Source: Bacteroidales bacterium (lineage in GTDB: Bacteria; Bacteroidota; Bacteroidia; Bacteroidales; VadinHA17). From it: a stretch of DNA of 64,000 bases. The position numbers were made by a program, and so were the translations under genes. Within the stretch, counting starts at the first letter, position 1; each line of letters opens with the position of its first letter. This document shows, in pieces, positions 29,590 through 39,656 of the stretch. The stretch covers positions 9,659-73,658 of the forward strand of contig JAWLEO010000012.1 of NCBI GenBank assembly GCA_041686075.1, read 5' to 3'. Under the pieces are notes generated by a model. The model had not been told where the DNA came from. It worked only from the letters and a program-made list of their open reading frames with translations, and made no database searches.

Positions 29590-31743
29590 TCAATCTGTTG
29601 TTTGCAGCAGTATATCCAGTATTTTTATTGCTGCTGCCGACACCGATGTACCGGGCCCAAAAATGGCTGCCACACCTGCATCGTAGAGGAACTGGTAGTC
29701 TTGCGCGGGTATAACACCCCCCGCGATTACCAGTATATCATCCCTGCCATGTTTTTTGAGTTCTTCGATCACCTGGGGGATCAGTGTTTTATGCCCTGCG
29801 GCAAGACTTGAGACACCAAGTACATGGACATCGTTTTCTACCGCCTGTCTTGCTGCTTCCTCGGGGGTCTGGAAAAGGGGCCCTATATCCACGTCAAAGC
29901 CTATGTCGGCATATCCTGTCGATACAACTTTCGCCCCCCTGTCATGACCATCCTGTCCCATTTTGGCAATCATTATCCTGGGCTGACGGCCTTCCTTTTC
30001 GGCAAACTTCTTTGTCATCTGCCTTGCCACCTCAAAATCCCTGTCATTCTTGTATTCCGAGGAATAAACACCTGATATTGAACGTGTCACTGCTTTATAC
30101 CTCCCTACTATTTTTTCGCATGCATAAGATATTTCACCCAGGCTGGCCCTTTTGGAAGCCGCATCAACAGCCAGCTCAAGAAGGTTGCCCCTGCCACTCT
30201 CAGTAGCTTCGGTTAACTTATCCAGTGCCTTCCTGCACTCGTTTTCATTTCTTTCGGACTTCAATTTAGCAATTCTTTTTAATTGTGCTTCACGAACCGA
30301 TGTATTATCTACTTCCAGTATTTCCAGGGGTTCTTCTTTATCCAGCCTGTACTTATTGGTGCCCACTATAGTTTGGATCCTTGAATCAATCCTTGCCTGA
30401 GCCCTTGCCGAAGCTTCTTCTATTCTCATTTTGGGTATACCCGATTCAATTGCTTTAGCCATTCCGCCCAGCTTTTCCACTTCCATTATAAGATCCCATG
30501 CACGGTGAGCAATTTCGTGGGTGAGGCTTTCCACGTAGTATGAACCGCCCCAGGGGTCAACTGCCCGGCATATCTCCGTTTCTTCCTGCAGGTATATCTG
30601 CGTATTCCTGGCTATCCTTGCTGAAAAATCGGTTGGAAGCGCAATGGCTTCATCCAGTGCATTGGTGTGCAGGCTCTGCGTATGGCCAAGAGCAGCTGCC
30701 ATCGCTTCAATACACGTCCGCCCAACATTATTGTAAGGGTCCTGTTCGGTAAGGCTCCAGCCCGAAGTCTGACAGTGAGTCCTTAGTGCCAATGATTTAG
30801 GATTTCGAGGCTCGAACTGTTTTACAATTTTTGCCCACAGTATTCTTGCAGCACGCATTTTTGCTATTTCCATGAAATGGTTCATACCGATAGCCCAGAA
30901 GAATGATATACGGGGTGCAAAGGAATCTATGTCAAGACCTGCGTCCAGTCCTGCCCGAAGGTATTCCAGGCCGTCAGCAAGGGTATATGCCAGTTCAATA
31001 TCACAGGTGGCTCCGGCTTCCTGCATATGATACCCCGAGATGCTGATTGAATTAAAACGGGGCATCTTTTCAGATGTATACTTGAAGATATCAGCTATAA
31101 TCCTCATGGAAAAATCAGGCGGGTAAATATAGGTGTTACGAACCATAAACTCTTTGAGGATGTCATTCTGGATGGTCCCTGATAATTCTTCGAGCCTTGC
31201 TCCCTGTTCCAGGGCAGCCACAATATAAAAAGCCATTATTGGAAGGACAGCGCCGTTCATGGTCATCGACACTGACATTTCATTAAGGGGGATCTGGTCA
31301 AACAAGATTTTCATATCCAGGATAGAATCCACTGCTACGCCGGCCTTCCCAACATCCCCGACTACTCTTTCATGGTCTGAATCATAACCCCTGTGTGTTG
31401 CAAGGTCAAAAGCCACTGACAGGCCTTTCTGCCCTGCAGCCAGGTTACGCCTGTAAAAAGCATTTGATTCTTCGGCAGTGGAAAATCCGGCATACTGCCT
31501 GATGGTCCACGGACGCATGGCATACATTGCCGCATATGGTCCGCGAAGAAAAGGAGGCAGGCCCGCTGCATAAGACAGGTGCTCCATCCCTTCAAGGTCA
31601 TTACCGGAATAAGTGCTCTTCACGGGAATCTTTTCAGGGGTGAGCCAGTCCTTTTCTATACCCATCCTTTTCTCCCACTCCCTGAAATCAATATTTGCTG
31701 ATATGTCCTTATTAATATCTGATTTTTTAAATGATGGTCTCAT
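29590..31743 (-). CDS. mutB: Methylmalonyl-CoA mutase large (alpha, catalytic, B12-binding) subunit
   Basis: 717 aa with FLRGPY, RQYAGF and [10 protein letters not shown]. The C-terminal B12 domain carries [11 protein letters not shown] (DxHxxG). Confidence 0.95.
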   Translation of the reverse strand: MRPSFKKSDINKDISANIDFREWEKRMGIEKDWLTPEKIPVKSTYSGNDLEGMEHLSYAAGLPPFLRGPYAAMYAMRPWTIRQYAGFSTAEESNAFYRRNLAAGQKGLSVAFDLATHRGYDSDHERVVGDVGKAGVAVDSILDMKILFDQIPLNEMSVSMTMNGAVLPIMAFYIVAALEQGARLEELSGTIQNDILKEFMVRNTYIYPPDFSMRIIADIFKYTSEKMPRFNSISISGYHMQEAGATCDIELAYTLADGLEYLRAGLDAGLDIDSFAPRISFFWAIGMNHFMEIAKMRAARILWAKIVKQFEPRNPKSLALRTHCQTSGWSLTEQDPYNNVGRTCIEAMAAALGHTQSLHTNALDEAIALPTDFSARIARNTQIYLQEETEICRAVDPWGGSYYVESLTHEIAHRAWDLIMEVEKLGGMAKAIESGIPKMRIEEASARAQARIDSRIQTIVGTNKYRLDKEEPLEILEVDNTSVREAQLKRIAKLKSERNENECRKALDKLTEATESGRGNLLELAVDAASKRASLGEISYACEKIVGRYKAVTRSISGVYSSEYKNDRDFEVARQMTKKFAEKEGRQPRIMIAKMGQDGHDRGAKVVSTGYADIGFDVDIGPLFQTPEEAARQAVENDVHVLGVSSLAAGHKTLIPQVIEELKKHGRDDILVIAGGVIPAQDYQFLYDAGVAAIFGPGTSVSAAAIKILDILLQTTD

Positions 31744-31751
31744 GGTAGTTC

Positions 31752-33599
31752 TTAAAGTGATTTATTAATTCCCAGTTCCCTGTTATAATCTGTAAGCGTT
31801 TCGAGCAAGTTGGAACGTATGCTGATAAAGTGATCAATCCCCTGTTTACGCAACTCATCCATACATCCGGGCTCACCTGCTACAACAAGTATTGATTTAC
31901 CTTTGAGCAGCTTCTTTACCTGTGGTACATAATGAGCATATTCGTCGTCAGAGCTGCATACCACAACGATATCGGACCCTGCTTCCACGGCCGCTTTAAC
32001 ACCTTGCTGAGGATTCTCAAAGCCCAGGTTATCTATTACCCTGTAGCCTGCACAACCGAAAAAGCCATGTGAGAATTGAGCCCTGGCCTTACGCATCACA
32101 GGATCCCCTATTGTCAGTAAAAATACTAGGGGAGGCTCCTTCATACAATCAACGGCAATACGCAAATTTTCAAATTCCTCGGCAGCTCTTAATGAGGGAA
32201 GAGGCTCCACTTCATTCACTTTTTCTTTAATATATGACGGGCTTATCCTGTCTTCTTCATTGGGATATATATTTGTGCCCAGAAGTTTTTCCTTCCGGCG
32301 CCTGACATTTACCATCCTTTTCTCGGCTGTCTCTTTTATCCTGGCCTGCACCGTGCCTTTTTTCAGGCTTTCCAGGAAACCTCCCTCATCCTCAATATCC
32401 ACAAAGAGGTTCCATGAATGCTCAGCAATCAGGGCAGTAAGTTTTTCAATATAATAAGAGCCGGCTGAAGGGTCATTGACCTTATCAAAATGTGATTCCT
32501 CCATTAACAGTATCTGCTGGTTTCTCGCTATCCTTTCCGAAAATTCGGAAGGCTCGTTGAAGACGCTGTCAAAGGGTTTCACGGTAAGTGAATTTGTGCC
32601 CCCCAGGGAGGCCGACATTGCCTCTGTCTGCGTCCTGAGCATATTGACATAGGGATCATAAACGGTCTTATTCCAATCGGTGGTAACCGAATGTACATAT
32701 ATCTTACATGCTTCTTCCGATAAGGGTGAATAAGCATCAACAATCTTTGCCCATAAAACCCGTGCAGCCCTCATCCTGGCTATTTCCATAAAGTAGTTTG
32801 AGCCTATGCCGAAGGCAAATCCCATTGATCTGGCTGCTGTATCGGTGCTTATGCCACGTTCTTTTAGTTCTGACAGGTATTCATTGCCCATGGCCATTGA
32901 AAAAGCAAGTTCCTCCACTATACTTGCCCCGGCATTGCCAAAGGCAGCACCATTGATGGCCACGGCCCTGAAATTTTCGAAGTATTCGGCACTTTGCACA
33001 ATGTCAGCGAGGTAATCCATGCCTTCGTTTACCGGAATACATAAGTTCCCGTTTACCATCAGTCTGCCAAGAGGGTCAGTTTCAACGGCACCCCTGACAC
33101 TGTCGGGCTTTACTCCTTTCTTGCCGAGATATTCTGCAAAGGAGGCGAAAAGTTCCTTTGCCCCTCCCACAGTGGAAAAATTTATTTCAATGCTTTCACA
33201 GAAAATACCTTCCAGAAGGCTTTCCATAAAGGATGGAGTATATTCCGCATCCTGCTGGAAAACAAAGCCCAGAGAAGTGATTCCTCTTTTAAGTATATCC
33301 AGGGCCTTCCTGTTTGCTTCAGCTGGATCTTCAACCTCGATATCCTGTCTTATATACCACTCGTTCCTTCCTGGATATATACCCCTTAGAAAAGGGAATT
33401 CTCCGGGCGGATTATCTATGTGCGGCAGGTCTTTTATGTCTTCCTCGCGGTAAAAAGGATTGACACGGAAACCCTCTGTTGTTTTCCATACCAGTTTGCG
33501 ATCAAAGTCCTGGCCTTTAAGGTCAGTTTTCACCCTGTTCATCCACTCTTCGGTGCTGACAGGAGGAAATTGTTCAAAAAGTTTTTCTTTTTCCGGCAT
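31752..33599 (-). CDS. mutA: Methylmalonyl-CoA mutase small (beta) subunit
   Basis: 615 aa, paralogous to the alpha subunit but lacking the DxHxxG histidine loop. It lies immediately upstream of mutB. Confidence 0.88.
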   Translation of the reverse strand: MPEKEKLFEQFPPVSTEEWMNRVKTDLKGQDFDRKLVWKTTEGFRVNPFYREEDIKDLPHIDNPPGEFPFLRGIYPGRNEWYIRQDIEVEDPAEANRKALDILKRGITSLGFVFQQDAEYTPSFMESLLEGIFCESIEINFSTVGGAKELFASFAEYLGKKGVKPDSVRGAVETDPLGRLMVNGNLCIPVNEGMDYLADIVQSAEYFENFRAVAINGAAFGNAGASIVEELAFSMAMGNEYLSELKERGISTDTAARSMGFAFGIGSNYFMEIARMRAARVLWAKIVDAYSPLSEEACKIYVHSVTTDWNKTVYDPYVNMLRTQTEAMSASLGGTNSLTVKPFDSVFNEPSEFSERIARNQQILLMEESHFDKVNDPSAGSYYIEKLTALIAEHSWNLFVDIEDEGGFLESLKKGTVQARIKETAEKRMVNVRRRKEKLLGTNIYPNEEDRISPSYIKEKVNEVEPLPSLRAAEEFENLRIAVDCMKEPPLVFLLTIGDPVMRKARAQFSHGFFGCAGYRVIDNLGFENPQQGVKAAVEAGSDIVVVCSSDDEYAHYVPQVKKLLKGKSILVVAGEPGCMDELRKQGIDHFISIRSNLLETLTDYNRELGINKSL

Positions 33600-33662
33600 T
33601 TTCCAGTTAATGATGTTTACCGGGCAAAGTTAAAAGAAATAAGTCTTTAATAATCTATGCTT

Positions 33663-33767
33663 TTTGTCATTCCTTTCCTTATTCTTCATCATTAACGACA
33701 GCTCGCTTCTACATTTCGATTTCACTCGGTACCGGCAAGCTCAGCGAAAGTAGTTCAGGATGACAAA
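33663..33767. repeat. ~105-nt element bounded by imperfect inverted repeats tttgtcattcct / aggatgacaaa
   Basis: Read directly. The right arm overlaps the last four codons and the stop of prfB. The interior is GC-richer than its surroundings (cgacagctcgcttc...ggtaccggcaagctcagcgaaag). Confidence 0.5.
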
Positions 33768-34856
33768 TTTTGCCCTCCGAATTCCATCAGGTAAGCTTTA
33801 ATAAAAGGGTTGAGGTCTCCATCCAGGACCGCCTGTACATTGCCGGTCTCATAACCTGTTCTCAGGTCTTTTACCATCTTATATGGATGAAGCACATAAG
33901 ATCTTATCTGTGATCCCCATTCTATTTTCTTTTTCTGGCCTTCAATTTTATTTCTTTCCTCCATCTGCTTTCTCAGCTCAAGCTCATAAAGATGTGATTT
34001 CAGTATGCGCATGGCATTTTCCTTGTTTTTCATCTGGGAACGTGTCTCCTGGTTCTCAATGACAAGACCGGTTGGTTCATGGCGCAAACGCACTGCTGTT
34101 TCGACCTTGTTTACATGCTGTCCCCCGGCGCCACTCGATCTAAACGTCTCCCAGCTTATGTCTGCAGGGTTTATTTCAATATCTATTTGTGAATCAATTA
34201 CCGGTAATACAAAAACAGAAGCAAAGGTTGTCTGTCTCTTACCCTGCGCATTGAAGGGGGATATTCTGACCAACCTGTGCACTCCGCTTTCACTTTTGAG
34301 GTAACCATATGCCCTTTCACCGGTGAATTCCAGGGTGACCGATTTGACACCCACCTCATCACCGGGAAGGAAATCCAGTTCTTTGACCTTATAATCATTG
34401 CGTTCACCCCACCTGATATACATTCTCATGAGCATGTCGGCCCAGTCATTACTCTCTGTTCCTCCTGCTCCCGCATTTATCTTAAGGTAGGCTCCCAACT
34501 GGTCTTCTTCTTTCCGGAGCATGTTTTTCAGTTCCAGTTCTTCGACATATTCAAGGGCTATACTGTATTGATCATCGAGATCTTTCTCCCCCGCTTCCCC
34601 TTCCCTGTAGAAATCATAAATCACAAGCAGGTCATCAACGGAGGTGCTCATCTTGTAGTATGAGGTGACCCAGTCCTTGAGTCCTGAAATCTTTTTCATT
34701 TGTTCTTCTGCTGCCGCGGGGTCGTTCCAGAAATCAGGTTCGCTTGTTAATTTTTCTTCCTCCTTTATCTGGCTTTCCTTATTATCAATGTCAAAGATAC
34801 CTCCTTAACGCATCCCGGCGTTCCGTAATCTCTTTTATCTGTTCTGTAGAAACCAT
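33755..34856 (-). CDS. prfB: Peptide chain release factor 2, expressed via programmed +1 frameshift
   Basis: The track ORF (33755..34699) lacks the N-terminus. Frame 0 from the ATG at 34856 reads MVSTEQIKEITERRDALRRYL then TGA. A +1 shift at CTT TGA C continues DIDNKESQIKEEEKLTSEPDFWNDPAAAEEQMKKISGLKDW into the long ORF. The SPF and GGQ motifs (SGAGGQHVNK) are present. Confidence 0.95.
34791..34805 (-). promoter_or_regulatory. RF2 autoregulatory +1 frameshift site (AGGAGG n3 CTT TGA C)
   Basis: The minus strand reads AGG AGG TAT CTT TGA C. The internal SD-like AGGAGG lies 3 nt before the slippery CTT and the in-frame TGA. Confidence 0.92.
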
Positions 34857-34873
34857 AGATCCTCCATTTATTG

Positions 34874-34881
34874 CAAAAGTA
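34874..34881 (-). promoter_or_regulatory. -7 promoter box (TActTTTG) for prfB
   Basis: The minus strand reads gcTACTTTTGcaataaatggaggatctATG. Confidence 0.5.
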
Positions 34882-34912
34882 GCTTTTTGGTATGGTACTA
34901 ACAAGATTTTAC

Positions 34913-34920
34913 TACTTTTG
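34913..34920 (+). promoter_or_regulatory. -7 promoter box (TActTTTG) for the VanZ-like gene
   Basis: The plus strand reads acTACTTTTGcaatttaatcagacaggaaATG. Confidence 0.5.
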
Positions 34921-34939
34921 CAATTTAATCAGACAGGAA

Positions 34940-35332
34940 ATGGGTAAATTAATAAATAAGTTCAGGCCTTACGCAAGAATATTACTGGCAATATGGGTTA
35001 TCCTGATTATCACCCTGGCCCTTTTGCCTGAACTTCCTGTTCCAAGGATAGGCGGGAAACCGATACCGATACGGCTGGACTATCCCATTCATTTCCTTGA
35101 ACATACATTGCTTGCCTTCCTGGCCATCATTTCATTCGTAGAAAACAGGTCCGAACAAAGTACAATTATAATAACCCTGGTTTCGCTTCTTCTCTTCGCC
35201 ATCTTTGCTGAAACGCTCCAGATATTAATCCCTTTTCGCTCATTCGAACTGCAGGACCTGGGGCTCAACATAGCAGGTGTTGGCATTGGCACACTAATAG
35301 CCCTTGCCTCAACTGAAAAAAAAGAAAAGTAG
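34940..35332 (+). CDS. VanZ-family membrane protein
   Basis: About 130 aa with four TM helices and the motifs HFLEHTLLAF and ETLQILIPFRSFELQDLGLNIAGVGIG. The ATG at 34940 is preferred over the track start at 34892. Confidence 0.65.
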   Translation: MGKLINKFRPYARILLAIWVILIITLALLPELPVPRIGGKPIPIRLDYPIHFLEHTLLAFLAIISFVENRSEQSTIIITLVSLLLFAIFAETLQILIPFRSFELQDLGLNIAGVGIGTLIALASTEKKEK

Positions 35333-35391
35333 CCGGAAAAACATGTTATAAAACCATTGTCTTCTCTGACCCATATAAGCTTCTTAATTTT

Positions 35392-35399
35392 TATCTTTG
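35392..35399 (+). promoter_or_regulatory. -7 promoter box (TAtcTTTG)
   Basis: Matches TAnnTTTG, 27 nt upstream of the ATG at 35426. Confidence 0.45.
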
Positions 35400-35425
35400 A
35401 CTTAATAACCAATATTTAAAAAAGC

Positions 35426-36958
35426 ATGAAGTCTCCCGGATTTATTATTACATTTTTAATTACTTTTTTAGTCTTAACCACTTTTGCAGGTGCCCAGGAA
35501 AATGTTGTTGATGTACCCGAAGCAAGCCTTTACAAGGAAAAGGAAACAGCTCTTAATTACCTTTATCAAGAAAGCACAGTTGAAAGGTTTGGTAAAATTG
35601 CGGATAAGATATGGGGATATGCCGAGCTTGGTTTGCAGGAATTCAAATCTTCCTCCTTGCTGATTGAAACCCTCGAAAAGGAAGGTTTTAAAATTGAGCG
35701 TAATGTGGCGGGTATGCCTACCTGCTTTGTTGCCTCATGGGGTGAAGGTAAGCCTGTAATAGGTGTCCTGGGAGAGTTTGATGCGCTGCCCATGCTTTCG
35801 CAGAAAGGAAGGGTTCCTTACCATGATCCGCTGATAAAAGGGGCGCCCGGACATGGTTGTGGTCATAATATGATGGGAACGGCAGGTGTTGCCACAGTTA
35901 TAGCCGTCAAGAAAAGTATGGAAGAGCATAATATTCAAGGAACAATAAAATTCTTTGGTTCCCCTGCTGAAGAAACAATTATAAGCCGTCCTTATATGGT
36001 GAGGGCAGGTGTCTTTGATGATGTCGATGCTGTTATAGATAATCATTCTTCATCAGGTATGTCTACCGGCTTCGGGGTAAGCGGCAATGCTCTTATATCG
36101 GTTATCTTCACTTTCACCGGAGAAACAGCTCATTCGGCCGGTGCACCATGGGTCGGAAGGAGTGCTCTGGATGCAGTTGAAATTATGAACATATCAACAA
36201 ATTATCTCAGGGAACATCTGCATTACACACACAGGTTGCATTATGTAATCATGGAAGGCGGAGAAGCTCCCAATGTTGTCCCTGATAAAGCTTCGGTATG
36301 GTATTATGTAAGAAACACCGATGGGCGTATTCAGAGTATGTATGACAGAGTGGTTAAATGTGCAGAAGGTGCAGCTATGGCTACTGATACCCGCCTGGAA
36401 GAAGTCAGGGTTCTCACGGGCATTCACCAGAGGCACAGTAACCGGGGAATGGCTGAACTGATCCAGTCAAATATCGAGCTGGTGGGAATGCCTGAATGGA
36501 CGGAGGAGGAAAATGAATTTGCCAGGGCCCTGCAAAAAGAGCTGGGTGTTGAAGAAAAAGGCTACCCCGAGGAAGTGTCTAAGCTTAAAAAGCCATCGGG
36601 AATACAGGTGGGCGGAGGATCATCGGACGTAGGCGAAGTAACGCTTGTAGCCCCAACTGCAACCCTCAGGTTCCCCGGCGGTGTGCCGGGAATGATCGGC
36701 CATCACTGGTCGGCTGTTTCAGCCTACTACGGCCCTGCAGCATGGAAGGGACTTAATACAGGTGCCAAAGTGATGGCATCAACAGCCATTGACCTGCTTA
36801 CCAGGGATAAAATACTTGAATCACTAAAGGAAGAATTCAGGGAATATTCAAAGGAACACCCTTATGAATCACTGCTGCCTGAAGATGCGGAACCTCCGCT
36901 GGATCTGAATAAGGAACTGATGGATAAATACAGGCCCCTGATGGAGTCTGAGCGCTGA
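35426..36958 (+). CDS. Exported M20-family amidohydrolase (AbgB / aminobenzoyl-glutamate hydrolase-like)
   Basis: 510 aa with a signal peptide and the motifs GVLGEFDALP, GHGCGHN, PAEE and HHWS, typical of M20D amidohydrolases. Confidence 0.75.
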   Translation: MKSPGFIITFLITFLVLTTFAGAQENVVDVPEASLYKEKETALNYLYQESTVERFGKIADKIWGYAELGLQEFKSSSLLIETLEKEGFKIERNVAGMPTCFVASWGEGKPVIGVLGEFDALPMLSQKGRVPYHDPLIKGAPGHGCGHNMMGTAGVATVIAVKKSMEEHNIQGTIKFFGSPAEETIISRPYMVRAGVFDDVDAVIDNHSSSGMSTGFGVSGNALISVIFTFTGETAHSAGAPWVGRSALDAVEIMNISTNYLREHLHYTHRLHYVIMEGGEAPNVVPDKASVWYYVRNTDGRIQSMYDRVVKCAEGAAMATDTRLEEVRVLTGIHQRHSNRGMAELIQSNIELVGMPEWTEEENEFARALQKELGVEEKGYPEEVSKLKKPSGIQVGGGSSDVGEVTLVAPTATLRFPGGVPGMIGHHWSAVSAYYGPAAWKGLNTGAKVMASTAIDLLTRDKILESLKEEFREYSKEHPYESLLPEDAEPPLDLNKELMDKYRPLMESER

Positions 36959-36967
36959 CTTCGCTTA

Positions 36968-38242
36968 CTAGTACACTTTATACCCGGAAAAATTGCCTGT
37001 CCCAATGGCAGTACCTGTACCGGTATGAATGACCAGTTTGACTTTATCCTGGCTTACTAACTTCATTGTAACCGACCTGTATAATTTGGTGCCGCTGGAG
37101 ATATCCTGACCGAGGTTTTCATACAGATTGCCGTTCCTATAAATCATTAGGGCCCTCCCACTGCCGTCACCATCAGCGCTGTACTTGATATTATAGGTAT
37201 AGATACCATCATGGGAGGCGGTAAATTCGCCTGTTGACATATTAAAACATAAACCGTCATTGAACTCCTGGGTGTCAGGAATAAAGTCTACATTTGAAAG
37301 AGGCATTGCAGCATCGGTGTTCTCGGTCTTTTTAGCCCTGAATGCAATAATATTGCTGCTAAGGTCCACCCTGTTCTCATTCACACCTTCATTAATTACC
37401 AGCTCTGTGCCGTCAATCGAAACACCCGTAATCAATTCATTGCCGGCGTCAGTATCTTCATCTCTCAAAACTGTTGACAGATCAGCCGGGTTACCATTGC
37501 TAATCATTATTGTACTGTCGGAGGAATTAAATGACAGGTCTTGTTCATCTGTATTGTCAAGGTATCCCGAAAGGTTTATATTGGTAGGGTCTGCATTGCC
37601 TGTTATCTTAAGTATATTATCCTCTATCCTCAGATCCTGGATCTCATTTAAAGGATCGGCATCAGCATCATCAACATTAAGTAATGTGCTCAGGTTTACC
37701 TCGTTACCGCCAGAAATACTCAGGTTTTCGCCATCAAATGAAAGTGTCTGGTCATCGGTGGCCGGGTCACCGGGATCACCCTTATCTCCTTGAGGGCCGG
37801 GAGGTCCTTCCGGTCCCGGCTCCAGTGATTTTGCCGCATACAGTGCATAAGGCACGCTGAGGAATTGCATGGTACCCATATCCAGAAACTCGTTGGAGAA
37901 CTTGATTTCCACCTTAAGGAAATGTGGAGCCAATTCCCAGTTTATCATAGAAAATGACTCACAGATACCCGTAATTGGTGTGCCCTTGCCAATGGTAACA
38001 GAGAAAACTCCAAACCGTGATGTAGAAACATTATTATGAATTTCCTGGTATTGAACTTCACCCAGGGGGGAAGTTGATATAACAGTAAAACGTATATCTA
38101 TCTCCTGATTCGTGATCTCGTTACCATAACTGTCACGTGCTACAGCCTGGTAATTAATTCCATATGGAACCTCCTGGGCCTCTGCCACAATAAAGGATGC
38201 CATTACGAAAAAGAATACCGAAACATGTTTATTTAATTTCAT
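36968..38242 (-). CDS. Secreted protein: N-terminal beta domain, short collagen triple-helix segment, leucine-rich fibre repeats, C-terminal C1q/TNF-like head
   Basis: The signal peptide is followed by six G-X-Y triplets (GPEGPPGPQGDKGDPGDP). Four ~25-aa repeats of the type LSxxGxNLxISGGNxVxLS come next. The C-terminus FTASHDGIYTYNIKYSA...LMIYRNG...LVSQDKVKLVIHTG resembles the gC1q jelly-roll. Confidence 0.55.
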   Translation of the reverse strand: MKLNKHVSVFFFVMASFIVAEAQEVPYGINYQAVARDSYGNEITNQEIDIRFTVISTSPLGEVQYQEIHNNVSTSRFGVFSVTIGKGTPITGICESFSMINWELAPHFLKVEIKFSNEFLDMGTMQFLSVPYALYAAKSLEPGPEGPPGPQGDKGDPGDPATDDQTLSFDGENLSISGGNEVNLSTLLNVDDADADPLNEIQDLRIEDNILKITGNADPTNINLSGYLDNTDEQDLSFNSSDSTIMISNGNPADLSTVLRDEDTDAGNELITGVSIDGTELVINEGVNENRVDLSSNIIAFRAKKTENTDAAMPLSNVDFIPDTQEFNDGLCFNMSTGEFTASHDGIYTYNIKYSADGDGSGRALMIYRNGNLYENLGQDISSGTKLYRSVTMKLVSQDKVKLVIHTGTGTAIGTGNFSGYKVY

Positions 38243-38254
38243 TATTAGTCCTCC

Positions 38255-38755
38255 TTACATCTTTTCAATTTTAAACAAGCGTGAAATCCTGTTGTCAGAC
38301 GAGCGGACACGTACAAAGTACAGGCCCCTTTTATAGTTGCTTACATCAATTGACTCAATACTCCAGTGCTCTCTTCCGCATATAATTTCCTCTTTGTGTA
38401 ACAGCGCACCGTTAAACCCAAAAATAACAATTTCGAAATCCGTCCTTTCAAAACCAAATAATTCAATATTTAGAATATCAACGGCCGGATTTGGATATAC
38501 TTCAACCCCGCTTCCTTCAGATGGCCGTGAGCTTACAACATGAATGCTCGGTTGGTTGAAGCCCTGGGTGAGATAAAAATCACTGGCATCCAGTCCTTCA
38601 ACAATAGATTCTCCAACTGTCTGGTTTACATTATAATAGTTAACATCAACAACCGATGCCATAGGTACTAAAACCTGATGGGAAACATCCTGGCTGTAAC
38701 ATCGGCATGCCATAGCCAGTAACAAAAACATTATTATTTTCCCCCTATAATGCAT
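38255..38755 (-). CDS. Small exported protein consisting mainly of a T9SS C-terminal sorting domain
   Basis: The C-terminus VEVYPNPAVDILNIELFG...GLYFVRVRSSDNRISRLFKIEKM is a Por secretion tail. The ATG at 38755 (MHYRGKIIMFLLLAMA) is preferred over the TTG at 38785. Confidence 0.6.
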   Translation of the reverse strand: MHYRGKIIMFLLLAMACRCYSQDVSHQVLVPMASVVDVNYYNVNQTVGESIVEGLDASDFYLTQGFNQPSIHVVSSRPSEGSGVEVYPNPAVDILNIELFGFERTDFEIVIFGFNGALLHKEEIICGREHWSIESIDVSNYKRGLYFVRVRSSDNRISRLFKIEKM

Positions 38756-38860
38756 TGTTTTCGGATAAGAAGTATGAATTATCAAAAATAGGAAAAAAAT
38801 TTTATTAACAAATAATTAACAATATTATTTACATTTTTTGTGTAAAAAAGAGAGAAATCA

Positions 38861-38903
38861 ACAGGCTTTTAACAACATGGTTTAAAAAGGCCTGTGTTTT
38901 TTT
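38861..38903 (+). terminator. Intrinsic-terminator-like hairpin plus T7 run, with no upstream plus-strand gene
   Basis: The sequence acaggcttttaa...tttaaaaaggcctgt forms a ~12-bp stem with 1-2 bulges, followed by g + ttttttt (38897-38903). Confidence 0.4.
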
Positions 38904-38972
38904 ATTCTTTTTGCTTGTACAATTTATACATTTAATTCCTGGTTCTGTCAACACCTTTTCGAACTAAACCCT

Positions 38973-39596
38973 ATGAATATGCTCATGTCATTTTTCAACA
39001 AAAGATTTACGGAAGCCGGCTGCGATGAAGCAGGACGGGGAGCACTTGCCGGGCCGGTGGTAGCTGCAGCTGTCATACTCCCCAAAAGATACAGGAATGA
39101 GATAATTAACGATTCAAAAAGACTTTCGCCTGTAATAAGGGAGGTGCTCAGGGCAGAGATTTGTGAAAAGGCTGTTTCATGGAATGTGGCCATGGTTGAT
39201 AATAATGAAATAGATCATATAAATATTCTGAGAGCAACATATAAAGCAATGCACCTGGCAATTGAAGGCCTTATAAGGAAACCTGAATTCCTTCTTGTTG
39301 ATGGCAATTATTTTATTCCCTTTAAGGAAATACCTTTTAAAACTGTCATAGAGGGCGATGGTAAATTTATGTCAATTGCAGCCGCATCGGTGCTGGCAAA
39401 AACCTTCCGTGATGAATATATGATTAAGCTACACGATAAGTATCCCCACTATGGATGGAAGACCAATAAGGGATATCCCACCCCCGAACACAGAGAAGCC
39501 ATTGCGAAATACGGCATTACACCCTATCACAGGAAAACATTTAACCTGGGAGATTCCCAGATGGAACTGTTTCGGGAAAAAAGCCTTGACTATTAA
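38973..39596 (+). CDS. rnhB: Ribonuclease HII
   Basis: EAGCDEAGRGALAGPVVAAAVIL (DEAGRG active-site motif), DSKRLS and SIAAASVLAK. Confidence 0.92.
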   Translation: MNMLMSFFNKRFTEAGCDEAGRGALAGPVVAAAVILPKRYRNEIINDSKRLSPVIREVLRAEICEKAVSWNVAMVDNNEIDHINILRATYKAMHLAIEGLIRKPEFLLVDGNYFIPFKEIPFKTVIEGDGKFMSIAAASVLAKTFRDEYMIKLHDKYPHYGWKTNKGYPTPEHREAIAKYGITPYHRKTFNLGDSQMELFREKSLDY

Positions 39597-39609
39597 CATT
39601 ATTTAATAG

Positions 39610-39617
39610 TATCTTTG
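39610..39617 (+). promoter_or_regulatory. -7 promoter box (TAtcTTTG)
   Basis: Matches TAnnTTTG, 40 nt upstream of the ATG at 39657. It argues against the TTG track start at 39615. Confidence 0.45.
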
Positions 39618-39656
39618 AGGCTGCAAAAATGTAAATCAACAATAAATTTTAATATC

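Noticed and set aside
29602-33650. Numerous 60-144-aa plus-strand ORFs across the mutase genes
   Set aside because: All are antisense to the well-supported mutA/mutB frames and have no independent signals.
33600-33754. Cobalamin riboswitch in front of the B12-dependent mutase operon
   Set aside because: I found no B12-box-like sequence or multi-stem aptamer architecture. The spacer is instead occupied by the inverted-repeat element.
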